A DNA stretch of 58,132 nucleotides, the filler included, from Sphacelaria rigidula (lineage: Eukaryota): NCBI GenBank assembly GCA_964200075.2. It is 3 parts of 3 records of this genome, joined end to end, with 100 filler letters (N's around TTAATTAATTAA, not from the genome) between each part and the next. Parts side by side here need not be neighbours in the genome. Positions count along the whole stretch, not along the records: positions 19,419 to 38,727 come from CAXNAA020000689.1; 2 more parts are not named here. One strand, written 5' to 3'. The position numbers were made by a program, and so were the translations under genes. The notes below the pieces were generated by a model. The model worked only from the letters and a program-made list of their open reading frames with translations. It was not told where the DNA came from and ran no database searches. Below are positions 25,171 to 33,191 of the stretch, in pieces (position 1 is the first letter of the stretch; the number at the start of each line of letters is the position of its first letter).

Positions 25171-26289
25171 ATGGCGCATCCCTCGACCTCGACATCCTGG
25201 AGAAACATCTACTCGGCGGCCTTCGCTGACGTTGCGGGTCCGCTCCGGCCCTATCTGGAGGATGACTCCACTACCGAACTCATCGTCAACGGCTCCAACG
25301 CCGTCTACGTCGAGAAGGACGGCAGACTGCGTCGGCTGGAAGACGCCTTTGAAGGTCCGGAGCAGCTCGAGGCGTTTGCGAGGGTGCTGGCCCAGTTCGT
25401 GGGCAAGCGGCTCGAAAACAATGCGCGAATCGACGGTCGGACCCCCGAGGGGGCCCGTGTCCACATTGTGCACGGACCGACCGTGGGTGGCACAATTGTG
25501 GCGATTCGCCGGGCCTCCCACACCCACCGAACCCTCGATGACCTCGTGGCGAAGGATGCGTTGACGGCCGAGGCGGCTGCCTACCTGCGGACCCTTACCC
25601 GCCTGGGTCGCAACATCATCTTCACCGGTCCGCCGTCGTGCGGAAAGACAACGCTGCTTGGCGCGGTGGCGTCTGAACTCGACTCAGGCCTTCGTGTGCT
25701 CGTGCTTGAGGACAGCCGGGAACTCTCGCTCCCGCTTGACCACGTGGTCTACCTTGAGGCCCGCCCGTCAGACGAACACGGCGAGGGCGGGGTGACGCTT
25801 CTCGACCTACTTCACTCGTCGCTTCGCCTGCGGGGTGACGCGCTGGTGGTCGGAGAGGTGAGGGGCGAGGAGGCCCTGCCTCTGGTCTTGGCGCTCACGA
25901 GCGGCTACGCGAGCACGGGGTTGTCGACGTTGCACGCAGCGTCCCCAGGCGCGGCACTGGCCCGCCTAGAGACCCTGTGTCTCATGGCACTGCCTTCGAT
26001 GGCCCCAGAGGCCCTCCGGTTGCTCGTTCGGGAGGCTGTGCACGTAGTTGTTCAGGCAGGTCGCACGTCGATGGGGCGCCGACGTGTCACCACCATCGCG
26101 GAGGTGACGCCGAGCGCGTCCGCCCCAATGGCTATGTTCGACATCGCCCCAACCGGCCCTCAGCAAGGACAAATGGTGTGGACGGGTCGGCGTTCCTGCT
26201 TCGCCGACGATCTTGTGCGCATGGAGATCGCCCCACCGGACACCCCTCCCTTCCATGCTGTGTGTCAGCCGGACAGTGATGGTTCGTAG
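25171..26289 (+). CDS. cpaF: CpaF/TadA-family pilus assembly ATPase
   Basis: ELIVNG, VYVEKDG, IDGRTPEGARVHIV, Walker A GPPSCGKTT, Asp box LEDSREL, Walker B LVVGEVRG, His-box STLHA, ALARLE. Confidence 0.93.
   Translation: MAHPSTSTSWRNIYSAAFADVAGPLRPYLEDDSTTELIVNGSNAVYVEKDGRLRRLEDAFEGPEQLEAFARVLAQFVGKRLENNARIDGRTPEGARVHIVHGPTVGGTIVAIRRASHTHRTLDDLVAKDALTAEAAAYLRTLTRLGRNIIFTGPPSCGKTTLLGAVASELDSGLRVLVLEDSRELSLPLDHVVYLEARPSDEHGEGGVTLLDLLHSSLRLRGDALVVGEVRGEEALPLVLALTSGYASTGLSTLHAASPGAALARLETLCLMALPSMAPEALRLLVREAVHVVVQAGRTSMGRRRVTTIAEVTPSASAPMAMFDIAPTGPQQGQMVWTGRRSCFADDLVRMEIAPPDTPPFHAVCQPDSDGS
26263..26288 (+). promoter_or_regulatory. Putative ECF-type promoter TGTCAG-N16-CGTA upstream of the kinase-like gene
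   Basis: TGTCAG 26263-26268, CGTA 26285-26288, inside the last codons of cpaF and 45 nt before the next ATG. Confidence 0.6.
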
Positions 26290-26333
26290 AATAACCGACG
26301 GCTCCGCTGAGTGCCGTCGAAGGAGGCTGACGC

Positions 26334-27545
26334 ATGGCCGTGATCAGATCAGATCGGTACGTTCGGGACCGAAAACTCAAACAGGATCGGGACCTCGTTG
26401 TCGAGGTGGCTCGAGACGTCGATTCCGGGAGGCGGGTCGTGATCCGTCAGCTCCCTCCAGAGCTTCCCGTCCAGTGTGAAGCTGGGGAGTCGCTCCGACG
26501 CATGAAGGAAGTACTCGACGGTCTTGAGCGGCATCCGCACGTTGAGACGGTCGTTGATTCCGGGACGGACGAGCTGGGTCGACCGGTGCTGGTGACATCG
26601 TACTTTGAGGGCACACCGCTGTCGGTTCGTCTGGAACAGGGACCGCTTCCGGCCACTCGTTGGTTGGCGCTGGCGGTCGAACTCCTCACTATCTTAGACC
26701 ATCTGGCAGGACAGGGCATCCTGCACGGGGACCTGCACCCTGGACACGTGATCGTGAAGGACGACGTGTTGATGGGGATCGTTGACTTAGGAGGCGCCCA
26801 GCAACTCGACCTCCCCAGGACGGTGCGCGGTAGTGACCCCACGACCATGGCCCCGGAGGTCTTGTCGGGCGACAACTACGGCGCACGGACCGAGTTGTAC
26901 TCTACGGGCATGGTGTTACTGCAGGCGGCCGTCGGGCACGAGCGCTGGCGCACGATCGCGGGTGGTTCGAGCCGGGGGCAATCGCGTGATCAGTGGTTCG
27001 GCTTGCACACGAGGGGCTTTCCTGTTCCCGATCTTCGCACAATTGCGGGCGTAGGATGGGACGCCATCTCGGCCGAACCGACACTTCGCCAACTCGTTGC
27101 GCGTGAGCCAACGGACCGGCCCGAGGGCGCTCGTGAGGCTCTTGACCTGCTTTCTCGAGACCTGAACACTGCAATTGCGCCGTTCCTCCCAGCGGAAGGG
27201 AGCATTGATGCAGGGTGGACCGCTATCCAGCGGTCCACGGGGCGTAAGAGAAAGGATGCACGCAACAGCCGGCGTCACGTATGGCTCGCCGGGGCGGCTT
27301 GCTCTTTGCTTGGGCTGGGCCTGCTGGCCGTAGGGGCGCAATCCCGAGGTCGCGCCGCCGGATGCAGACTGGACTCAAGGCTTGAAGCCATGGCGCAAGA
27401 AGCCGTGGGCGACTCACGCAGAGCGCAACGGATCTCCGTCCAACTCGAGGCCGTCGGATGCAGCGACCTTGCGCGAACTCTGCGACAAACGACGTCGTCC
27501 GAGACTGAAGCTGGTCACGCAGACACTCACTTCCGTGCCCCCTGA
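26334..27545 (+). CDS. Membrane-bound Hanks-type Ser/Thr kinase-like protein (probable pseudokinase)
   Basis: AGGAGG RBS. Subdomains HPHVETVVDSG, LHGDLHPGHVIV, IVDLGGA, TMAPEVL, ELYSTGMVL, PTDRP, and TM helix VWLAGAACSLLGLGLLAVG. Confidence 0.85.
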   Translation: MAVIRSDRYVRDRKLKQDRDLVVEVARDVDSGRRVVIRQLPPELPVQCEAGESLRRMKEVLDGLERHPHVETVVDSGTDELGRPVLVTSYFEGTPLSVRLEQGPLPATRWLALAVELLTILDHLAGQGILHGDLHPGHVIVKDDVLMGIVDLGGAQQLDLPRTVRGSDPTTMAPEVLSGDNYGARTELYSTGMVLLQAAVGHERWRTIAGGSSRGQSRDQWFGLHTRGFPVPDLRTIAGVGWDAISAEPTLRQLVAREPTDRPEGAREALDLLSRDLNTAIAPFLPAEGSIDAGWTAIQRSTGRKRKDARNSRRHVWLAGAACSLLGLGLLAVGAQSRGRAAGCRLDSRLEAMAQEAVGDSRRAQRISVQLEAVGCSDLARTLRQTTSSETEAGHADTHFRAP

Positions 27546-27789
27546 GACCGCACCTGGTTCGGCCCGCAACTATCAACTGGACCACGTCAGTTCAGCCTTC
27601 GTCCCATCGCGTGTTGTCTGTGAGCGACGGGCCTCCCATTCCCGAGACTCCCTCAGCCTGACTCGCTGCCTCTCATCACTACCTAATACTATCGCGACAA
27701 TCTCGCCAGAACGCTTTGCCACTATCCCGACAGCAGCAACGTCCAGACCTCCGAAGCCCAGAGCTCGATCGAAAACAACTGAAAAAAGA

Positions 27790-27815
27790 TGTCAGACGAC
27801 CGCATCCAAGAAGTT
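27790..27815 (+). promoter_or_regulatory. Putative ECF-type promoter TGTCAG-N16-AGTT upstream of the Flp-like pilin
   Basis: TGTCAG 27790-27795, AGTT 27812-27815. Preceded by TGAAAAAAG as at cpaF. Confidence 0.7.
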
Positions 27816-27867
27816 ATCAGAACAACACGGAGGCAAAACCTCCATAGACCAAAAGGCGGGATCGAAA

Positions 27868-28047
27868 ATGCAGATCATCAAGTACGGGTACGAATTCTTG
27901 TGGGACGAGTTAGGCGCCGCGGCGGAGACCGTTGCAATCATCGGAGCTATCGCGGTTCCGTTGATCGTCACGCTCTTCTTTGCTGCGAAACAGATCAAGG
28001 AGACGTTCACGTCTGCCATCGAAGTGTTCTCTGGGTTGGTGCTTTAG
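27868..28047 (+). CDS. flp: Flp-like major pilin (59 aa)
   Basis: MQIIKYGYEFLWDELG|AAAETVAIIGAIAVPLIVTLFF...IKETF: F..DE.G leader, hydrophobic helix, Flp size. It is the 3' end of the listed 27382-28047 ORF. Confidence 0.8.
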   Translation: MQIIKYGYEFLWDELGAAAETVAIIGAIAVPLIVTLFFAAKQIKETFTSAIEVFSGLVL

Positions 28048-28125
28048 ACCGACAAGAAAGTGGGGTCGCCTGTGTCGGAGCACCCCCGCTCCCGCGCAGG
28101 CGTCCCACACATAGAAGGAAGAAAG

Positions 28126-28593
28126 ATGCCGAAGACTGAGTGCCCCGGAACCCTTGATACAATTGCAGCGATAATTCTCGCAGCCGTACTGCTGGCGGGT
28201 AGCGCGTGCGCGACCTCCCCCGTAGCTTTGCCGTTGCGCCTCAACCTACTTTCGCTGAGGGTGGTCGAGGTGGAGTCGAAGGATCCAATCTGTCAGGCGA
28301 AATTACGTCTCGAGAATCAGGACAACAAGAGCAGTCTATCAACCTCAGGATGGGCCGCCGTTAGCCATGACGGAAGGGCCTTCTTCACTCACGACCCTGC
28401 GCTTCCCCTCCCGCGGATTGGGATCAGCGTCCCGAGCAACTACTTCACTCCCCCAGCTCGGGGGGTCGAGTTCGACAACGAGTCTCTGTATGAGAAGACG
28501 ATCGTCGTTCGGGCGCGCTCGCGCAAGCACCACCAAGAATCGCAGCGTGAGTGCAAAGAGATCCGTCAGCTCCAGACGAACGCCGCGTACTAA
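28126..28593 (+). CDS. Putative lipoprotein, unknown function
   Basis: GAAGGAAG before ATG 28126; hydrophobic stretch IAAIILAAVLLAGSA|C. Confidence 0.6.
   Translation: MPKTECPGTLDTIAAIILAAVLLAGSACATSPVALPLRLNLLSLRVVEVESKDPICQAKLRLENQDNKSSLSTSGWAAVSHDGRAFFTHDPALPLPRIGISVPSNYFTPPARGVEFDNESLYEKTIVVRARSRKHHQESQRECKEIRQLQTNAAY
28564..28589 (+). promoter_or_regulatory. Putative ECF-type promoter CGTCAG-N16-CGTA upstream of the coiled-coil lipoprotein
   Basis: CGTCAG 28564-28569, CGTA 28586-28589, 26 nt before ATG 28616. Confidence 0.5.
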
Positions 28594-28615
28594 TAGCGAA
28601 AGGGGAGGACAGGAC

Positions 28616-29242
28616 ATGAATCATGGATGGCGTAAGAAGGTATCGACTCTCGGCTTTCTCGTAGTGCTGTTTGTCGGGGCAACGGCTTGCGACGAGGCGC
28701 CTCCGGCCTACCGGGCGCCCGGTGCCGGTAAGGCACCGCTTGAGAACAATAGGCTGCGAAAGAGGACGGAGGGAATCCAAGAGAAGGTTACGCTGGCGAT
28801 GGTGGAGGCCGAGCGTCTGGAGGGGGCCAAGGGTGAGTACATTGCAAAGCTCGAAGCCTGTGAGGACGACCAGCAACAGAGGGCAGAGCGAATCGAGGAA
28901 CTTAACAAGGAGGTCGCTCAGGCCCGTTCCCGTGGCCGCAAGCTTCGCGGCGCTCTGATACGTCTTAAGAAGGAGCAGTCTCGACTGAGGTACATCGAAG
29001 GGCAGATGGTGGGGCATCTACAGCGCGACTTTCCGATTATTCAGGAGAGGAAGTCACAACTCGATCGAATCAGACGCAAACTGACGAGCGGAAACGGCAT
29101 GAATGCGTGCAGGATGTTGATGGTGTTGGGGCAGCGGCTACGCATCGACCTAACGTCTACGCCATCGGACGGATTCGTCCACGGCTACCTCGCCGCCATC
29201 CTGAATCACGTAAATATCCTCTATAAAGAGTGCGGCGGGTGA
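28616..29242 (+). CDS. Coiled-coil lipoprotein, unknown function
   Basis: GGGGAGG RBS; MNHGWRKKVSTLGFLVVLFVGATA|C lipobox; heptad-rich helical body. Confidence 0.7.
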   Translation: MNHGWRKKVSTLGFLVVLFVGATACDEAPPAYRAPGAGKAPLENNRLRKRTEGIQEKVTLAMVEAERLEGAKGEYIAKLEACEDDQQQRAERIEELNKEVAQARSRGRKLRGALIRLKKEQSRLRYIEGQMVGHLQRDFPIIQERKSQLDRIRRKLTSGNGMNACRMLMVLGQRLRIDLTSTPSDGFVHGYLAAILNHVNILYKECGG

Positions 29243-29272
29243 TGACGGATATTCTGGAAGGACTATGAAGAG

Positions 29273-29941
29273 ATGGAACAGAAAGCAATAACGATGACCG
29301 CCGTGGCTATGGCTGTGGCGATAGGCGCGATGGGCTGTGACCACAAGCAAGGGCCGGCGGAGTCGAGTGAACAGCAGGCGATCGCATCCCTTGAGCGCCT
29401 CGATAATGAGCATCAGGAGAAGGAGATTCAGGGCCTCGAGATCCAACTTTCCGGTATGCTCGCCAAGCTCGAAAGCACCTCGGCCGACCTTGCGAATACG
29501 CAGGCGAATTTCGCCGAGTGTGCCGGTCGGCTCGGGCTGCAGACGCCGCAAATTGAGGCCCTGGAAGGGAAGGCGAAGAGAGCGCAGAGGCTGGCGAAGG
29601 ACCTCGGCAAGGCCGTGGCGAGTACAGAGAAAGGGAGGAAGGCGCTTGAAGTAAGCGTGAAGAAGGCGGTCGCGCAGGTTATTGCCCAGGGGGCCTCCGA
29701 CCTCGCAAAACTGCGAGTCGATCGCGATCGCCTCGAGGGAGCGCTACGGGCGGACACCCTCTCTTCGCGGCGCGTGCGCATACTCTGTGAGGCGCTAAGC
29801 GAGGTACTGTCCCGTGCACAAAGGCTCGATGAATTGCACGGCCACCCGCAGGAGATGGCCTGGGAGACCCAACGCCTTGCAGAGATGAACCGTGCGCACT
29901 GCGGTTCCAAAGACCGGCCGTCGAAAGGAAGGGCGTCATGA
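29273..29941 (+). CDS. Coiled-coil lipoprotein, unknown function
   Basis: AVAMAVAIGAMG|C lipobox; long heptad pattern; ATGA overlap with the next gene. Confidence 0.7.
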   Translation: MEQKAITMTAVAMAVAIGAMGCDHKQGPAESSEQQAIASLERLDNEHQEKEIQGLEIQLSGMLAKLESTSADLANTQANFAECAGRLGLQTPQIEALEGKAKRAQRLAKDLGKAVASTEKGRKALEVSVKKAVAQVIAQGASDLAKLRVDRDRLEGALRADTLSSRRVRILCEALSEVLSRAQRLDELHGHPQEMAWETQRLAEMNRAHCGSKDRPSKGRAS

Positions 29942-30456
29942 TTGTGATGGCAGTGGTCTTAATGGCTGCGACCGGGCAATCCGCATCCAATATGCACCCT
30001 ACATCCGTACCGGCGGCTCGGGTCCAGTATCCTCGTTGGGATTATGGTTTTGCCGTGGGAGGTGGGCTCGGCGGACGACGTGAACTCACGGAAGGCGAAG
30101 GAGGACTGAAGGGCTCGCTCGCAGGGGGAGCGCACATTGAGTGCGAGCTTGCCGAGCACTGGGCTTGGGTATCCACGGCGGACCTCCGAATCGGCATCAT
30201 ACCTGTTGCGTTGACGTCAGTCTTCACTCGGTCCGGCATACATGTGCGTTGGAAAATGCTCTTCGCTGGAGCGAACCTCCGGCTCGACGTCTATCCAACG
30301 CCCCCGGCCCCTGCTTTCGAGCCCATCGTCGGGGTTCGGTGGCTCATCGGCGCGACGACGCGTGTTTTCGCGCAAGTCGCCACGCCGCTCTATCCAACCC
30401 GCGCCGACAAGGTCGACGTACTTGTGGAGGCCGGGTTGCGCATCGCGTTCCGGTGA
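29938..30456 (+). CDS. Putative small outer-membrane beta-barrel protein
   Basis: Hydrophobic N-terminus, about 8 alternating amphipathic strands (YGFAVGGGLGG, GIHVRW, VGVRWLIG, RVFAQV), ends EAGLRIAFR. Confidence 0.6.
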   Translation: MIVMAVVLMAATGQSASNMHPTSVPAARVQYPRWDYGFAVGGGLGGRRELTEGEGGLKGSLAGGAHIECELAEHWAWVSTADLRIGIIPVALTSVFTRSGIHVRWKMLFAGANLRLDVYPTPPAPAFEPIVGVRWLIGATTRVFAQVATPLYPTRADKVDVLVEAGLRIAFR

Positions 30457-30470
30457 CCAGGGGATTAAGG

Positions 30471-30635
30471 ATGCGGACACGTCGGCGCCAGCATGTGCGA
30501 GGCCTCGCGGCACTTGAGACCGTTGCGATCGTCACGGTCGTCGCGTTCCCCCTCGCCGTCGCAGGCTGGATTGCGCATGACATGATATCCATATGGTGGG
30601 TTGCGACCTGGAACGTGATTGCCTTCCCGTGGTGA
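30471..30635 (+). CDS. Small pilin/pseudopilin (54 aa)
   Basis: MRTRRRQHVRG|LAALETVAIVTVVAFPLAVAGW...IAFPW: G|xxxxE site; shares ETVAI with the Flp. Confidence 0.75.
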   Translation: MRTRRRQHVRGLAALETVAIVTVVAFPLAVAGWIAHDMISIWWVATWNVIAFPW

Positions 30636-30692
30636 ATCAACGCCACCGACAAGTTAGAGAAGCAGAGTTGTTCGCATTAAAGGAGGCAGGGC

Positions 30693-31181
30693 ATGAGGAA
30701 GATCGAGAAGTACCGCCGAACCACGCGTGGACATGCAGCGATATCGGTCATGCTCGCGCTCCCCGTACTCCTCGGGTTCCTGGACCTTATGACTCAGGCT
30801 GTGGTCTTCGCTTGGGGCGTGAGCCTCAGCGGGCACGCCGCGGTGCGCGTCGCGCGGTCAGCCAGCGTGCTCGTCTCGCAGAGGCTCGAGAACGACGCCC
30901 CCAACGTGCTGGGCGCCGCGAAGAGAGTTAGGCTTGAGGAGGTTGCTCGCACCGCGCTTGCGCCTCTTGGGGAACGTCTGGCGATGACCCTGGATGTGCG
31001 AGACGGCACCTTCGGGCCGACCGAAATGATCGAGGTGCGACTCGACGTTGGACTGCCCTGCATCGCCCCCATGTGGGGGCGCTTGCTCTGCGATGAAAGA
31101 GAGGGGCAAGTCCGCCGACGATGGGTACGACACACGGTCTATATGCCAAACGAGGGACATCGCCATCTGGGCAGAAGGTGA
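30693..31181 (+). CDS. TadE-like pseudopilin
   Basis: AAAGGAGG RBS; RRTTRG|HAAISVMLALPVLLGFL...GHAAVRVARSASV (TadE AA..AAR.A motif). Confidence 0.8.
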   Translation: MRKIEKYRRTTRGHAAISVMLALPVLLGFLDLMTQAVVFAWGVSLSGHAAVRVARSASVLVSQRLENDAPNVLGAAKRVRLEEVARTALAPLGERLAMTLDVRDGTFGPTEMIEVRLDVGLPCIAPMWGRLLCDEREGQVRRRWVRHTVYMPNEGHRHLGRR

Positions 31182-31187
31182 GACACT

Positions 31188-32387
31188 ATGAAGACTGCAA
31201 GAAGAACCCGCCGAGGGATGGTGTCCATCTGGACGATGCTCGTGTTTATTGGACTCGTAGCGCTGGTATGCTTCGCGCACAACGCGGCCCGGTCGGTGTC
31301 GGCTGCGACGGAGGCCCAGGTGGCAGCGGACAACGCCGCGATGACCTTCGCCACGACTTACGCCCGCGGGCTCAACAAGATCGAGACTCTCAACCAGGAA
31401 TTGTCATTGATTATGGGCGCAAGAGCTGTCGCGGAAGCTCTGCCACGTGCACTCAGGGACTGCCGGACAACGGCGGTCGCACTGGCTGCGGCGACTTCCT
31501 GGTGGGGCGGCTGGGTGATTTACGGGCCGTATCTCGAAGCCCTTAACGTCCTGATCCCCACCGCCGACGGGCTTAGGGCCGTCGTGGTCGGTGCAGCGCA
31601 AGTACGCTTGCCTGTGTTGGCGCAGCAGGCGTACAGAATGGCCAAGGGTACGCCTGCCCTCGCCACGCAGACCGCGAGAGCTTCCATCGCAGAGACGGGC
31701 ATCACGGTGACCTTCGTGCCCCTAGACCCTGAGGGTGACCTCGAACTCCCAGTCCAACCTCGACCCCTCGGAGCCCTCTGCTCGTGGGTCAAGGACGGTT
31801 CACCCCAGGGGGCGGACAGCCGGCAACGCCGCGTCTTCTCTGCCCTCTGGGGGTGGCGAGAAGACGAAGGCACAGCCGAGCACATCGCCAAGGGGTGGAG
31901 CCTGCCGGAGCTGTTCAATATCGCCCTCGCCCCAGTGGGCGGCCCGTTCCACTGGTCCCATCGGCTCAAGGAGGCCGTTAGAGACGAATGCGATCGCACG
32001 GAACCGGGACCGTATCTGTTTCCATCGACGTCCAATCCTGTCGAGAAAGCAGCCCAGCGAACCCAGTTCCTAGCCCTGACATTAGCTCCTCGGCCCCTCC
32101 TGCTCGATGTCATCGCGCCTCGTAGCGGTGAACGTACATTCGAGCGTACCGAGACCACCGCGCTCCTCTCGACCGCCACGGTCGAGCTCGCCAACGATGT
32201 AAGCATCGGGTGTGCGAGCAGCGCCTCGTGGGCTCCGCAGCTGGTCTTCGAGCCGGACGCGACGCTTGCAGCCGTCGCTCGTGTGGGGGATCTCGGGCTT
32301 TCCGAGGCAATGAGCACCACCATCACAAACCGCTTTCGCCATCACGCGCGCGTCGCAGTTGGACGTGGCTTTAGCGCCTCTCACTAG
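31188..32387 (+). CDS. TadG-like pilus-assembly protein
   Basis: RRTRRG|MVSIWTMLVFIGLVALVCF...EAQVAADNAAMTFATTYARGLN matches the Tad N-terminal Q.AAD.AA motif. Confidence 0.8.
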   Translation: MKTARRTRRGMVSIWTMLVFIGLVALVCFAHNAARSVSAATEAQVAADNAAMTFATTYARGLNKIETLNQELSLIMGARAVAEALPRALRDCRTTAVALAAATSWWGGWVIYGPYLEALNVLIPTADGLRAVVVGAAQVRLPVLAQQAYRMAKGTPALATQTARASIAETGITVTFVPLDPEGDLELPVQPRPLGALCSWVKDGSPQGADSRQRRVFSALWGWREDEGTAEHIAKGWSLPELFNIALAPVGGPFHWSHRLKEAVRDECDRTEPGPYLFPSTSNPVEKAAQRTQFLALTLAPRPLLLDVIAPRSGERTFERTETTALLSTATVELANDVSIGCASSASWAPQLVFEPDATLAAVARVGDLGLSEAMSTTITNRFRHHARVAVGRGFSASH

Positions 32388-32639
32388 CGGGACCAGGCGT
32401 TCGAAAGGGGCACAAGGCTTGGTCCTCGCTTTCTCTCTAAGACGAGGCGTCGCAGAGTGCACCCGCAGACCAGTTTTGGCTTAGTCCCTTGCTCAGAAAT
32501 TCGAGCAATCAAGTCGGAAGGCCTCAGTATCCAGTATGCGGGCGCGCAATAATCTGGCATGATTGCGTGTTGCTCAACGGGGCGCCAGCCGTATGTGCTG
32601 TCTTGCCATTCCGCCCTGAACAAGAATCGAGAGTCCAAC

Positions 32640-33125
32640 ATGTCCGGAGAAAGCTTGAAAGCGTCTCGAACTGCACGAGTGACACCCACGCTAAACGTCG
32701 AAGCGTCCGTGGACCTCGTCTGTCACCAGCTCGGCGAGACTCGTGAGCAGCCGTCAAGCCGAGAGCAAGTCCTTCAGAAGCGCGATGAACTAGTCTATCG
32801 CGCGCTAGTGGGTGAACTCGACCCTCGCCTTACCAACGAGGTACGGGAGTTATTCGCGGACCGTATTGAGGAACTTGGACTGCAGGTCGATGGCGAGGTA
32901 TGTTGGCTCATCGGCGCCTCGACCATTGCCCTCGCGCTTGAGATCGCAGAAAAAGCAGCCGCGGAAGGCGTGAGCGTCGAGTTGCCCGATAGTCTGCTTG
33001 AAGCTGCGGCTGAAGGCAAACTGAGCGAGGAGGTGACGGCACGTCTTGAAGCGATCGCATGGCCCGAGCTTGCCGCGACCCGTCTTGTCGTTTGGGGCAG
33101 GGCTGGCAAGGGGGACTTAGGATGA
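32640..33125 (+). CDS. Soluble paralogue of the anti-sigma-like N-terminal double domain
   Basis: DELVYRALVGELDPRLTNEVRELFAD aligns with DELLYRAMSGTLDPGLREEVRDLAGD, and ARLEAIAWPELAA with ARVEAIAESELAA. No TM helix. Confidence 0.7.
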   Translation: MSGESLKASRTARVTPTLNVEASVDLVCHQLGETREQPSSREQVLQKRDELVYRALVGELDPRLTNEVRELFADRIEELGLQVDGEVCWLIGASTIALALEIAEKAAAEGVSVELPDSLLEAAAEGKLSEEVTARLEAIAWPELAATRLVVWGRAGKGDLG

Positions 33126-33131
33126 AATCAC

Positions 33132-33172
33132 GGGCAGCTTGCAGCTCCCTGTTGAGCTGTCAAAGGCTGCCT
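33132..33172. terminator. Stem-loop between convergent genes
   Basis: GGCAGC.TTG.CAGCTC-loop-GAGCTG.CAA..GCTGCC in the 66-nt gap between two stop codons. Confidence 0.5.
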
Positions 33173-33191
33173 GACGCGGACGAGCCGGCCA

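Noticed and set aside
27382-27867. N-terminal 162 aa of the listed 221-aa ORF
   Set aside because: It overlaps the kinase and the promoter motif; only the last 59 codons look like a pilin.
20308-32326. Numerous long antisense ORFs in the bacterial contig
   Set aside because: Shadow ORFs expected in high-GC coding DNA opposite well-supported genes.
32400-32640. Further copies of the TGTCAG-N16-CGTT motif before 32640, 30693 or 36925
   Set aside because: Only partial matches with the wrong -35 or spacing were found.
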